This document shows positions 1 to 13,987 of a DNA stretch of 64,000 bases, one piece after another. Position 1 is the stretch's first letter, and every line of letters starts with the position of its first letter. Source of the stretch: Chrysomallon squamiferum (taxonomy: Eukaryota > Animalia > Mollusca); the NCBI GenBank assembly GCA_012295275.1, contig CM022673.1, forward strand, positions 8,618,001 to 8,682,000. The letters are read 5' to 3'. The position numbers and the translations under genes are program-made. Under the pieces are notes generated by a model. The model made no database searches. It saw only the letters and a list, made by a program, of their open reading frames with translations, and was not told the DNA's origin.

Positions 1-121
1 GCCGTATTTTTATTTAACATATTCATTTTGGTTTTATATAATTATACACAAATATTTAATATGTTCTGAAGCTCATTATGATTATCTTTTATTTAAATAT
101 TTAAATACATTTCTCCTTCAG

Positions 122-2410
122 TTGGTTGGATAATGATGCACTGAATTCACTAACTACCAAACTTGTTGGGAAACATCCTAATACATACACATACACAAAG
201 GCCATGGCGGAGTATCTGTTGGTAGAAGAAAAAGGAGATTTGCCTATTGCTATAGTGAGGCCTTCAATTGTGGGAGCTTCGTTGTCAGAACCTGTTCCTG
301 TAAGTATAATAGTGATTTCCCATTCAAATCAGTGCACCACAAATGGAATGTCAAACATTATGGTATGTGTCTGCAAGAAACATTCTTTGCAGCCAACTGA
401 TGCTGAACTGTTCTTTGGGATTTTAAAATAGTAAATGTTTTCAAACCAAAACCATTTAATGTGATGATAAACTTTATTATATATTCACCATAATTACAGT
501 AATGCTTTTGATACTTGTATAAGAATGATATTCTGTGCTTAAACCATAATATTAATCTTTTAGTCTCTGGTATAAAATGAATTATTACAAGAGATGAAAA
601 AAGATTATAGCATGTATAAACAATTTTAGTACATGTAAATTAAATTTATTTTAGAGTTTTATTGTACCCAAAGAAGAAAAAGCTACTACCTATATATAAT
701 AAGAAGACAGAAATAAACAAAGAGAAGTTTAAATAGTTCAGTTTTCATCTAAAATTATACATATAGTTTGGATTGTATAGAAAGCTTGTTTTTGTTTTAT
801 TTATAGGGCTGGGTTGATAACTTCAATGGACCAACAGGCATTTTGGCTGCAGTAAGTTCCAGTTTAGATTCATTTTGCTTCTTTAATCACCCAGTATATT
901 ATATTTATTTATTTATTTATTTTATTTTCATTTTTTTCTTCTTTACATGATTTGAAATTTTCATATTAGTATCATTATTATATTATTTTAGTTTCAGTTA
1001 AATTAGTTAGGAAATTGAAAACGATTAGAATAATCTGAAAATGTTTGTAATATATGCTAATACACCATATAATTCCTTCTTTTTTAATAACTCTCTTAGG
1101 ATTTAACTCAAATTTACTGTATGTTTGTTAATGTTAAATAAACATATCCTAAAAACTGACAGCCAAATTGTAGTAAGTGTTCAATCAACAATATCAATTA
1201 CTTATTTATTTTTGTTTTAATTTAGAGGCGTCAATGTGATTAACAGTAGAACAAATGCTGGTCACAGCAATAGCAATGAAGAAGAAAATTGTATAGGTTT
1301 AACAAGCTAGAAACGAATTCTCACATTTTACTATCTGTTTATTATAAATGAAAAATTTCTTTTTTAATTTCAGATTGGGAAAGGCTTGCTAAGAATAATG
1401 TGTGGAAATATCCGAGCCACTGCAGACATTGTTCCTGTAGATATAACAGTGAAACTGATGATAACTGTTGCCTGGGATACAGCAGTTAACAAGTATTTTT
1501 TTTTTTTTTTAATTATCTTTATTCTAGAATTAGTTGTATTATTATTTCTTTTCATTCTTTCTCTTTTTTTTCTTCCTTTCTCTAATTAGTTTATTTATTT
1601 ATTTATTTATTTCTTTCTTTTCATTTCTGTCAAACTCTACTGTTTTATTATTTAGAATGTAATTCAGACATAGTTCAGTATAATTAATTTTTTTTTTTTT
1701 TTCAAAAATCAATATTCAGACATAGTTCAGTATAATGAACACAACAGGACAGATCAAAACAGACTATTGGGGACAAACAACACATGTTTGTTTATTTATT
1801 TAAATTTTATTGGGGATATTTATTTATTTATTTATTTTTTATTTATTTATTTTTACTGTTTGTCTGTTTTGTGTGGGTGTTCATTAATTTTGGATATTTG
1901 TGCATTTAAAAAAATTAATACTTAAAATATTAAAATCTAAAATGTTAATTTATAATTGTATTAAAAAAAAAATCAGTTTTCATTTTTGTTGTCAAAATTT
2001 TTAAAAATATTTATTAAATGAAAAATTTCTGGTTCTATTTTGATTCTAAATGGCAGAAAAAATAATATGGAATCAACCTAAATAAATGTCAATTTGCTTA
2101 AAGCCTAACATTTTCACTATTATATTTATTTTCAGAAAAAATGTCATACGAGTTTTTCATGAAAAATCCAGTGGAAGTTGTAGCAAGAGCACCAAATCCC
2201 AGATTAACAAAATCTGTGTAGGTTATTTGCACAGTTTTCTTGTTTAAAAATACTTGTTTCAGAAATTATCACAATTATAATCAATGTAACTCTTTAACCA
2301 ACAATATTAACAGTACATATAGGAAGTCTGTCTATTTGTTGTCTGTCTCTCTGTCTATTTGTCTGTCTGTCTCTCTGTCTGTATATATATGTCTGTCTTT
2401 CTATCTATCT

Positions 2411-2462
<52 letters not shown>

Positions 2463-4850
2463 TTCTTTCTTAGATACATGAATGAAAAAAAGTTAATTCA
2501 GGGATAAAAGTCAAAACTACATATGAGACAAAAACATATTTTGCAACATTAAGATTCATGTTATTATGAATATTTTGGTAATTTAAGTAAATACACAGAA
2601 AATACATCTAAAAATAAAAACAGTGAAGTTCTGGTCGCAGAGAGATATTACTGTTTCAGCCAGGACATTTTTTTATTTCTTGATCTTAGAGCAGCAAACT
2701 CAAATTAAGTAACTGCCATTTACCATCATCATCTCCATAGTCATCTTCCACATTACCCATTATTATCATCTCATCATTGTCATTATTTTTAATATAAACA
2801 TGAATATAATCATCATTACCAGTATTACTATTGTTGTTGTTTTCGTTATAACAAACGGATGTAAATTTAATATGCTCTTCCAATATTTTCAGAATCTGGA
2901 AAGATCTGAATGTTGTGTTTGATCACATGATTCCAGCATACATTATGGACTTCTACATGTGGATTGTTGGAAAGAAACCGGTGTAAGTTAAATTTTCTAG
3001 TCTTCTTTGTATTTATTATGTTATATAATAGAATACTAAAAGACAATAGTTTTAATATACATGCATTATTGATCATAGTTTTATTTTAATTATATTTTCT
3101 GTTTTTTACTTGCATGCACACTTTAATTTGTACTCTTGAAATTTCACTTCAAATTTTTTTTTTTGAAATCTAGAAAACAGAAACATTCTGTGCTTATAAA
3201 TCAGATGTAAATTTTTATTAGCTTTTTGTACATTACCTACATAATAGGCAGTGTTTTGAACACACATATTCTCTTACGTATGTCTTCAGGTTTGTGAAAA
3301 TTCAAGATCGTCTTTGGAAAACTATTGGGAGTTTTGAGTTCTTCACATCTCATGAATGGCACTTTAACAACGACAATGTGTTTAGGCTATACAAGAAAAT
3401 GTCAGCATCTGACAGAAAGGTAAATCCTTATTACAAAATTTTGTGTTATTTTGTATCAGATTTATATTTTGATTTGGTTATCTTTTGTTTAATTTTTATT
3501 ACTATTCAAACATTTAACTTCCAATTTTGTCTTCAACATTTAATGTTTAAGTAATCTGATTTTTATATTTAATTATCTTAGGTCACCAATTACACTTTTT
3601 TAAATATTATACAAATGTGATTTTCATTACTTCTGTCCTAGTTTCATTTAGTGTTTTTATGATTTGTTTCTTTTATCAAATCATGTGAATACATTGGGTT
3701 TCTTGGAATTATTTCTGTTAAATAATAAATTATAAAGGAATTTTTACCAACTGGGACATAATGTTTACCTTCATTATGATTATTTCCTGATCAATAAAAC
3801 ACTTTTACAAAAAATCTGTTAATTATTCTTGAAATACTTAGTTTGTGTTAAGGAATTTGACTTTGATTTGTGTCTTTGATCATTAAAGGTTTAGATTATT
3901 TGTTACTTCTTAATAACTTGAATTGCTATGTTGTTAGGAATTTGATTTTGATGTGTCTACTATCAACTGGGGCCAATACATGGAAGACTATTGTTTAGGA
4001 ACAAAACAATATGTTCTCAAGGAGGAGATTGAGTCTCTACCTAAAGCAAGAAAAACTCTACAAAGGTAAGTAGCAGTATTATTAACATGACTAGAGATGA
4101 TATAATATTTGACATTATTTTGTATATATTGCTAATTATATGTTACATTAATGGGATAAACAGACAATTACTGTACTGTTTTAGGACCTTTTCTTTTGTT
4201 TATTCAACTTCAGTTTTAATTGGTATTTATCCAAAAGTTCAGTTGAAATTATTGTTGGATCTAAGTTTTCGTAAACATAGAGCGATAAACAGTTTATTGG
4301 AATAATTCTGAGATATTCCCTGTAATGTGTTTTCATGTCTATGAGAAGGTGGATGTTAGATAATAATAACAGGTTTCTTCTCATTCAATCATTACTAAAG
4401 TATGTTTAACAGATAATCACTTTAATGGTTTGCAGCATCTGCAGTGAATATACATATTTATTCATTCATTTATTTTATTAACTTGTTTGTTTGTTTGAAT
4501 TAATTACATGTAATGTATAATGTCATTTTGGGCTCATTAATCCATCAATTTTATTTTCTTTTATTTTCATATCATCTTATTTCATTTCAAATTTTTTTAC
4601 TTTATTTATTTACTTAATATTTAAAATTAAATCATTTTTATTTATTTATTTATTTATTTATTTGTTAAATATTTTGTTTACTCACTTCAGACTGAAGAGA
4701 TTACACTGGATTTTCAACACACTGATGGCTATTGCTGTGTGGCGACTTATGATCAACAGAGTGCGGGTTGCCAAGTCTCTCTGGAACCTGCTTATGAGGT
4801 GGATACAGTGGCTCTTTCAGAAAATACCCATGGTGGCTAGATCAAACTGA
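122..4850 (+). CDS. FAR1: Fatty acyl-CoA reductase (FAR1/FAR2 family), 3' portion; the 5' exons lie upstream of the window
   Basis: Exons with GT-AG ends and compatible phases: 122-299 ([13 protein letters not shown], YxxxK motif; [10 protein letters not shown]), 807-851 ([11 protein letters not shown]), 1374-1492 ([15 protein letters not shown]), a damaged exon at about 1706-1785, 2136-2217, 2893-2982 ([10 protein letters not shown]), 3290-3419 ([11 protein letters not shown]), 3938-4065 ([26 protein letters not shown]), 4691-4850 (hydrophobic C-terminus, stop TGA 4848-4850). Motifs match recalled human FAR1. Confidence 0.93.
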
Positions 4851-5602
4851 TGTGTGCTCTGGTTTTATCCAAATTAGTTGAGATTTTCAACCAGTGAGCT
4901 AAAAATGTTGCATCTTGCCAAATGTCCATATATGTGGGTTGTGTTTCTTCTTTTGAAAAAAAACAAAAAATAACAAGAGATTTTGTTCTATATAGATGGT
5001 ATGTACTCAAGATAGGACCAGAGAATGTATATTTCATGAGCAATTTTATCTGCTGCATTTGTTTCTTGTATGAAAACAAACAAAACAAAAATATTTGAAT
5101 TTATTCTATTTTTTAAAAGTTCAGTATTATTATTTAAATTTATATTAGTGTTTACACTGAATTAAAATAAAAGAATAAAAATGTTAATAATTTTAAATTG
5201 TAGACAGTTGTTTTTAGTATCAGAGAAATTGCCTTGATTGAAAAACACAATGTTCTGAATTTTAATTTTAACCCATCATGATAAAAAGTAATTGCTTTGG
5301 TTTTTTTATGATTGAAATTAATGTATTTTTTAAAAATGATTTATTTTTCAAAAACAAATGGTTCTGTTTTAATTCCACTTAAAACAGTTATTTTTAAATT
5401 ATATTAATATTAATTCCTTATTCCAATATCATTAATGGATATCATCTATTCAGTAATATAGAAAATGTGTTTTTAATTTGTTTTTTGTGGTTATTGTCAT
5501 TTTATTTTTTTTACTTTATTTTTATATTATTTTACTTTTTTAAATTTATTTTTGTTTTGACTTTGTTCTCAGATTATAACTGTGCAATATATTAAATTAC
5601 TT

Positions 5603-5646
<44 letters not shown>

Positions 5647-8549
5647 CTTGCAAGAACACGCACATATTTATATAGCAGTAGGATATAAATTAAGCTTCTT
5701 TTCTCTTATGTGAAAAAAAAGATGAAGAAAACATTTTTGAGGGCATTAAACAGACTTTAACAAAAGCAAGTTAATTACTTTCAAACTGAACTATAATAAT
5801 TACTATGAACACAACATGTATTGTTCCCTAGCAACAGAGTGAAACTAAATATATAGCAAAAATATATCCAGAGTAATCTAATTATTTGTTAAGAATAGTT
5901 ATAGTGTACTTAAGTTAATATAACTGACATAATAAAGAATAATGACGTAAATAAAAAATTAGTGATTTATTATGACTTATTTGTAGCTCACCTGCTATAA
6001 ATGTATTCATGAAGAACTCATTTCTAATGGTCATAACATAAGTTTAGTAAATGACTAGGTGACAGATTGTTTTTCTCATTTTTTCTTTTTAATTATTACA
6101 CAACTTTTTTTTTCTTTTTAAATATCTTATTTCATTATTTACTTTCTTTCACTATAACTACATCAATTCGATATAAATCACAATTAACAGAGAAATATTA
6201 TTACAGTATCACTAACACTATTGAAACTATTGTTGCTATGTCATTAATATATGAAAAACCACTTAATATTATTCCACACAAATTTTAGTTTAAAATTTTT
6301 GCAAACAAAATTTGATACTATGTTTATTTCTTTGCTCTATTAGATTGTTTGTTTCATTTTTTATTTTTCTTCTGTTACTGATTTTGTTACTTGCATATAT
6401 ATGAGAGTTCCAATATAAAAATAGAGTTTTGCCAAAGTACTGTCTTCAGTATTAGAAAATACGTAAATATAATTTTATATACATCAAAATTATAGCTACT
6501 AATAAAATCAAAATTGTTGATTTGAAAAAGATTTATCAACATTATCCAGGAAATACAAAATCAAAGTGCAAATATCTAGATACTTGTTTTGCATTTACAG
6601 GAGTATTTTTTTAGTTAATTTATATAAAAATTGTTTGGATTGGTTAAGCATGAAAAAATTGACTTAAATATAAAAAAAAATTGTTTATAGATATATATAT
6701 ATATATATATATAGTTTGTCATGTAGTTTTATATGTTTATGCTGTTATCATACAATTTTATGAGTTTAATCTGCACAAAGAGATCTTTAATAAGCACAAC
6801 TAGTGTTAAATAAACACTTGTTTTACACTGTATAATACTTCTTGAATATATATATCATAAAAATTATTCACATTTGTTTAAAAGTAGATCCAGTACTGTT
6901 TTGGACAATGTAATTTTATAATTTAATATAATACAATATAATATGATCATAAAATTACCCAAGGATGAGTGAAAATAGCCATTTACACTCAGCTTACATA
7001 CAAATGACCCTGAACACTTACTTGTCACCAGATCTTTTTGATAAATCATATTTAATGGCTGCTTGTATTTTATTACTCACCCATTTCATTGGTTAATCGC
7101 AGACATCACATGTAATCAATCTTTTTTCTCTTTTTTGTTTTTTAAATCTTAGCCATCAGTTTATCAGCAAAGAAATTTGTTTTAATAACAATAAGTTTTT
7201 AATAACACTATGAAGAGAGATAATAAAATTAATTCTTAGAAAATATATTATTCCTTTTTAGAAAAAAAGAATTTAAATCTTTGTTATTTAATGCATTTTC
7301 AAATTATATGGTTATTTCAATCACTGTTAATGAATGTACATAAGCATTTTTTTGTTAGCATGTTAATTTGTTTGCATTTGAAAGATTGGTTGGAGTTCCG
7401 TTTTTTTCTATATGGAAAGTTTTTTTTTTCGTGGAATTAGGCACGCTTTCTATTCAAAGGTTTCACATTCATTGCAAGCAAAAATTTTTAAATGTTTTTT
7501 TATTATGGAATTTGAAATTACAGTTAATTATGTTGAAGGAAATAAATTATTTACGCAACAAATCTGTCTTCTGTTGTTATTGTTTGTTTATTTACAAAAC
7601 AAATTGAAACTGGATAGGTTCAAGGGATGAATGTGAAATATATTAATGTTAAAGTGAATATAGTCTTTGGCATAAATTATTTAAAGTGTGGCAGTTCAAT
7701 TTTACAAATTATATATATTTTTATGAAGTGGATAATCAGCTTGCTTTTTTTGTGTGTAACAGTGATGCGAGAATTCCTGGTTTGGAATATCTTGAACTAC
7801 AAATTAATGTAATGAATTTTAATGCAGCTGTTTCCTTGATGAACTAATTACTGGTATACTGAAACAGTAATAACAATGATATAACAAGCATTTATTCTGC
7901 AACCTATTGCACCTTCACCACTGAGCTGCAGCCTTTTTCCTAGGTAATTCATTTAAAATAATTGTTTTAGATTATTAATACTGGTGTTATTTTGTATGAA
8001 CATGCCTCCACAAAATTCATTTGTTTTTATCACCAAAAATTACAAAGAAAAAAATAATATAAAAACATTATTTTAAAATTAAGATGTTTTTCAATTTTTG
8101 TTTCAGTTTAATATTTGACAATATAAAATGAGTTTGAAAAGATAAAATAAAACAAATTGAACAAAATAATCATTACAAGCTTTCCCAAAACACAGCATAA
8201 TGGGATTAAGTTTTCTTTGCCTTAAAAAAAGCTTGAAAAGCAGAAAATAAAATTTAATTCTTAAAAAACAAAAAAGAACCCCAATTGCCTCAAAAAACAA
8301 TGTTAAAATTGTCTTGCTGCAGTTTTGCATATTATGTAAACCATTATACTCTTTGATCTAATTTGATTTTTACTGCTGTGTTATTCCAAGAGGCTAATAT
8401 TTGTTATAATCATGGATTATTTGAAAATTGCCTAGAAATAACTCTTCATATCATCTTGAAAAATACTGGGGGTTTTAGTTTTTTTTTTTTTTTTATTTAT
8501 ATCAGTTACAGTTTAACTGTAAACATAATATTAACATACTGAAATGATA

Positions 8550-9520
8550 GATTATGTTTTTGAGAACTGTAAAAGAATTCTGCTATGATTTATGAAACAA
8601 ATTGTGAGAGGAGATATTCTTGGTTTGTTTTTGAACATATCATGAAATGAGTTTGCAGTAGTGTTTCAAAGAACTGAAGGAGCTTTGTAAAATAAGAGTT
8701 CTTAAAAATTACATATGAAACTGGAAGAATTGTACAAAGGTTTGTGAAGTAAGAAGTTGCAAAATTTTTTCAGGGAATTTCAGTTTGTGAATTGCGATTT
8801 ACAATGTTTCACAGAATTGCTTTACGAAATGATTATTTTCTGTATTTAAGAGAATATTGTAAAAATATCCTGATATTACTAGCTAAATATAGTACATGCA
8901 CTTTGAAGAAATTACAAAAAGATAGTGCTGTACTTAAGGAAATTGATAATTTCAGTTTATAAATTATGTTTCAGAGAGTTTTCAATAAAACAAAATATTC
9001 CTCATCTATTCAATAATTCAAAAAATAGAAAAGATTTAAGTTGTGACATGTGAAATGGATACATTAGATGGAACTGCTACAATCTAGCTAAAGTTTGAGA
9101 AATAAATCATCATACATTTTTGAGAATTGCAAGAATAATGCTAAGCTTTTAAAAAAATTGCTAAAGTCCTATAGTCAGTGAAATAAAGAATTCCTACACT
9201 ATTTTATAGATTTGTAAAAGTTGTGCCACTATTTATGATATAAAAGTTCAGTTAATGACTTAGAAAATAAAAGTTCTGGTAAACTTGTCAGTTAATTGCA
9301 AAAGATTTCTCAAAACCATTACCTGAACTGTAAATGTCCTGCTGTAATTTGCAAAATAAAATTTTAAAAATATTTCAGAGAATTGCAAAACTCTGTTGAT
9401 TAGAAAACCAAAACTTATAAATGTTTCATGGAATTGCAAGAATTAGCTTCCTAGAGAATTTAAACATCATACTAGGATTTGTGAAAAACAAGTTCATGTA
9501 AATGTTTCAGTGAATTGCAC
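8550..9520. repeat. Highly degenerate tandem repeat with a tttcagagaattgcaa core, downstream of and overlapping the RLIG1 stop
   Basis: Variants near 8560, 8768, 8806, 8969, 9119, 9373, 9424 and 9505. Confidence 0.6.
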
Positions 9521-12500
9521 GAGAGTCCATTAACAACAGAGAAAGTGTGGAACAAAGATTTTTCATCTTCAGAGAATTCAAACCTTGCTGGGTCCACACA
9601 GACTGAAACTTTCCTTCTTGCAAGGTGAGGTTCAGCAACAGGCCACATCAAATTTACATGGTTTCGATGAAGCTGGTGAAAAAATTTTAAGAAAACATAA
9701 TTACATCAGGACAGTTAATATTAAAAAAAATTCACTCATCCCAAATTTCACAATTAATGTTAGCTCTTCTATTTGTTATAGAAAAACTTCATAAATTATT
9801 TTTAATTTTTTTGTTGTATTAGAGTTATATGTGTCATATTTCTAATGTTAAAATTATACTGTATGTACTGATATAATCCTTACAACCGTCTACCAACTTA
9901 AATTTAAAATAATGCATATTTACATTTTATTCAGCAATTGCAATACGAATGTAAAATTAAAACAAATCTTTGTTTAGCAATAGAGACAGAAATGGAAGAG
10001 ACCAACCTTAAACAATTTTCCATTCTGACAGTGCCAAACAATTCCTTCCACTTGGCCATCTTTGTGTCTCTGAAGCCATTCAGTTAGTGATGACAGAACT
10101 GGAAAACGAGGACACGGGACTTGTATTGACCCATGTCTTACTAGTAAGTGTATTGGATCCTGTTTGGTACCAATAACTGAAAACAAAATAATAATATATG
10201 TAGCTTGCATGCTAAAATCTTTCTCAGTCCAAATTTAAAAAGATACATTTAAAAAAAATAATAATAATAGTATCTTGTATTAACACTGACAATAATCAGA
10301 AGAAGAATTATTTATATCTAATGTACCTAAGTTTCTCTTTTCAGAAATACTGTTTTATGCTAGTTTCATTAAATTAACTATGATGGCAATAATCTTTACA
10401 TTCTTTTAAAATTAAAAGAATAAAATAAAAGAAAAGTTTAAAATGATATCAACTGAAATAGTTATTATAAATATATTAATTGAAGACTCAGAAATAATAA
10501 AACAACAGCTCACGATATGGATTTCCATTTATGTTTGTCCCAATCAGTTCCAGAGTTTGATCTAACAGATCGTTTAATGACAAACATTCAACAACTAAAT
10601 CTTTATTCTCATCTTCACTAGTTAAAAAAAGAAAAAAGATTAACAGCGTAATTTGCTGGTACTCTTTACATGTCATATATAAAATAAGTGTTCATGTTCT
10701 TCACTGAATATTTATTTACTGAAAGTTGAAGGGCCCAAACAGTTATTTTGAGTGCACAGAGCACAGCCATGTAATCTTCAAAAACTGCATTTTTCAGATT
10801 GCTGAAGATTAGTAATCTGACTTAAATTATCATTAACATACGACAGCTGATAAAATAATCCACACTTAGACAAGCATAAGCATAAATAACTAAATAAAAA
10901 TACTTTATTGATTACTAGTAAAACTGAAATTAAAAAGTGGACATATCATAGCTCCACCAATATAAACTTGATAGTGAGAAAGAAAAATAAATCTGAAATA
11001 TTTAATATAACAGAGATTATATGGCATTAGTGGCATGAAACATCCCTACCCTATACAGCCCTTCTAGCAACTGATCCTGTACTGATCATGCACATCAAGT
11101 GAGTGCTCCTTCATGGATTATGTTCTTGGATTTTAAAATAATACATTAACATGTTTACCTTAAAACAAGAGCCAAAGACAGGTCAAGGTCAACTGCAGAA
11201 AGGTGCCAGCAGTGTTGTCTGGATTTAATGTCTACAGGAACCCATCCTGAAATTGTTAAAAGCACCAAGCTAGCTGACATAATAAATATTTGTTATTTTA
11301 AATTAAAATAAATAGATTAAATCATTCAGGATATATATAAATATATATGTATATAATATAATATAATATATACATACATAATATAAAGTTTATTGGGGAA
11401 GTAAAATATCTTACATAAAAATGGCTACAGCCATTTATTAGTATTAAATTCTAGTGTTCAGAAAATAAATTATAAACAGTATGTTCAAAAATATGTACAC
11501 TTTAAGATCATAATTTCTTATATTGTTTGTATCTGGACTATAAAGTGTGGATGTATTTATCAAAAATGAAGAAAAAAAATGGCAGAAAAACAAATTAATT
11601 TAAAAATGTATAATAAAATACCGATAAACATTTATATTATTTTTTTAAACAGTATAAAGTAATGGCCAATCTTTCAAGATAATTGTATAGCTTATTCCCA
11701 ATACCTTTCTAGAATAACATTCATAGAGAATCAGTTTAAAATATTTTTTCAACTGATAGTTAAATTAGTTTCCTAAACATTAACATATGCAAATTAAATT
11801 ACTTTAAGCAATATACTTAAATCCATTATGTTAAATTTATATGAAATGTAAAGCTTGTGTGTAACTGTTATGTAACTGAAATAGTTAAAGATAATTTGTA
11901 AATGCATTTTATGATCATGAGATTGTAAATGGTGTGTACAGCAGAAGTTACCACTTTAGTTCTCCTACCTGGTGTATGTCCTCCTTCATCAGGCTGTGCA
12001 AAAGAACCTTTTACTGAAACACCAAGAGCTGGAATCCAGTTTTCAGGTGTTTCCTTTGTACAAAAATTAAAAAAGATATAAAAAAAAATTCTATTTTTTT
12101 TTTTTTTTTTTTTCTTTCCCTAATTGTATCATTAATTTTTATTGACAAAAATATAGAAATGATTATAACCTTTTGAGTTTTAAATTTGCTTTGTGCATTA
12201 AAACAATAATAAATAACTTACAATTTGATATAATTTTATAATGAAGTAAAGAAACTTCAGTCACACCATGTAGTCATATTTATGCATTTAAAAAAAAAAA
12301 ATGGTGTAACATAAATGTGATTTCATTGAACTGTAATCCTCAACTGGATTATTTAGTTTTATAGAATTATATAATATAACAAACAATGTATGTAATACAC
12401 TATAAAGTTATTTTATATAATACATTGAATGTCTAAACACCTTAAAATCTTTTGTCTCATCCCATTTTACCACAGGCCTATCTCCATTTTGTCCTTCTCG

Positions 12501-13023
12501 TTTCCAGTTGTTCAGTAAATTCTTATACTTTTTAAATTTACTATCTCCAGTCTTGTTTGGCTTACGATCATGTCTGGCCCATAGCCAGGGCTTTCCTGTT
12601 TGATGTATGATACAGCATAAATTAAAACAAATAATAGCAACTCACTGTATGAAATTAAATTAAATTTTAGATTCATTTATTCTGATTTGGTAATATTCTT
12701 CTCATAAGTATATTTATGGTTTTATACACATCACTGTCTAAACCTGTTGTGTAGAATAGGCAATAATCTCAAAGTATAATTTAAAAAAATATATATCAAC
12801 AATTTATACCTTTAAATAAAGACACATAACAACATGTTCCATCCACTTTTTCAGACAGCCATGCACTTTCAAGATCCGAATTAGCTGCCTCAGAATTCAA
12901 AGTGTCTGAAGCAAGCACTCTGAAAGACTGGTTTGATCTTTTACTTGAATGCTCATCCTTTACCTCAATCTCAAACACACATGGAATTTTTTGCTGAACT
13001 TTGTTTTCTTTCCAATTTGCCAT
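9472..13023 (-). CDS. RLIG1: 5'-3' RNA ligase 1 (C12orf29 orthologue), 7 coding exons
   Basis: Exons 13023-12810 ([23 protein letters not shown], nucleotidyltransferase motif I KxDG), 12595-12441 ([13 protein letters not shown]), 12053-11969 ([16 protein letters not shown]), 11246-11159 ([13 protein letters not shown]), 10617-10514 ([18 protein letters not shown]), 10176-10007 (HLLVRHG..EGIVWHC), 9672-9472 ([11 protein letters not shown]..stop TAG). All junctions are GT-AG and phase-compatible, and the protein closely follows recalled human C12orf29. Confidence 0.95.
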
Positions 13024-13421
13024 TTTAGATAAATCTAAAATAATTTTTTTATACAAATAAATTTGAAATAAAAATTCTTCTAAAAATATTATTTGTTGTG
13101 TTCAACAAAGTTTTCCCTTTGATTAGTTGTTTCAAGAAGAAAGAGATAAAATAATATGAAATGGAATTTTATTTTATCGAATGACATTATTATTATAATT
13201 TTTATTTTTTTATTTATTTATTATGTTGTTGTTTTTTAAGTCTCTCTCTCTCCTTAAAGTAGAATCCGCAGTTTAGCATAAACCTTTTGATGAAGGGAGC
13301 TAAATAATAAAGGAACTCCTGAATCGCTGTAGCATCTACAACATAAAAATAAAAGCATTATTCAATTGACGGACAAATATTAATAGTACCATCTTTAGTT
13401 CTTATATTTTAATACTAATAC

Positions 13422-13458
<37 letters not shown>

Positions 13459-13669
13459 TAGCGCTATTGTAAATGTAAGAAATAAAGAATATATTAATCA
13501 ATTTCATGCTGCATTCGTATTTTGTGGCTAAAGAAAAAACAGTATATTTTGAGTAATATTTTAACAGAACCTAAATCTTAATTAATAATTAACTGACAAA
13601 GTCACCCAAAAATATTACAACAGCTGTTTCATTTCACATTTTTGGCATTAACATAACAGCACATGAACT

Positions 13670-13750
13670 AATATCATTAACATCATTTCCGGTTTTGTCC
13701 ATATTATTTTCCTCCAAAGCATTATTCATCTTCTGAACTTCGCTGTGTTT
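13670..13750 (-). promoter_or_regulatory. Possible RLIG1 promoter (ETS-type CCGGAAAT)
   Basis: catttccggtt at about 13684-13694 in a locally CpG-containing stretch about 660 bp upstream of the ATG. Confidence 0.3.
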
Positions 13751-13944
13751 CTTATCTTTACAAGATTAGAGTATGTGATTTGAAAGACAGACTACTAAAT
13801 GAGGATGAATGAATGTATAAGTACATATCTTCATAATTCTCAACTCCAACACACTAATGGGTATCCAGTAATTATATATACAAATTAATACTTCAGGACT
13901 TGCAGTTTTTCAGCGAGTCTCATAGACAATTAATATTGTCATCG

Positions 13945-13987
<43 letters not shown>

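Noticed and set aside
11030-11120. GC-richer patch in an RLIG1 intron as a snoRNA
   Set aside because: No convincing C/D or H/ACA box arrangement or terminal stem.
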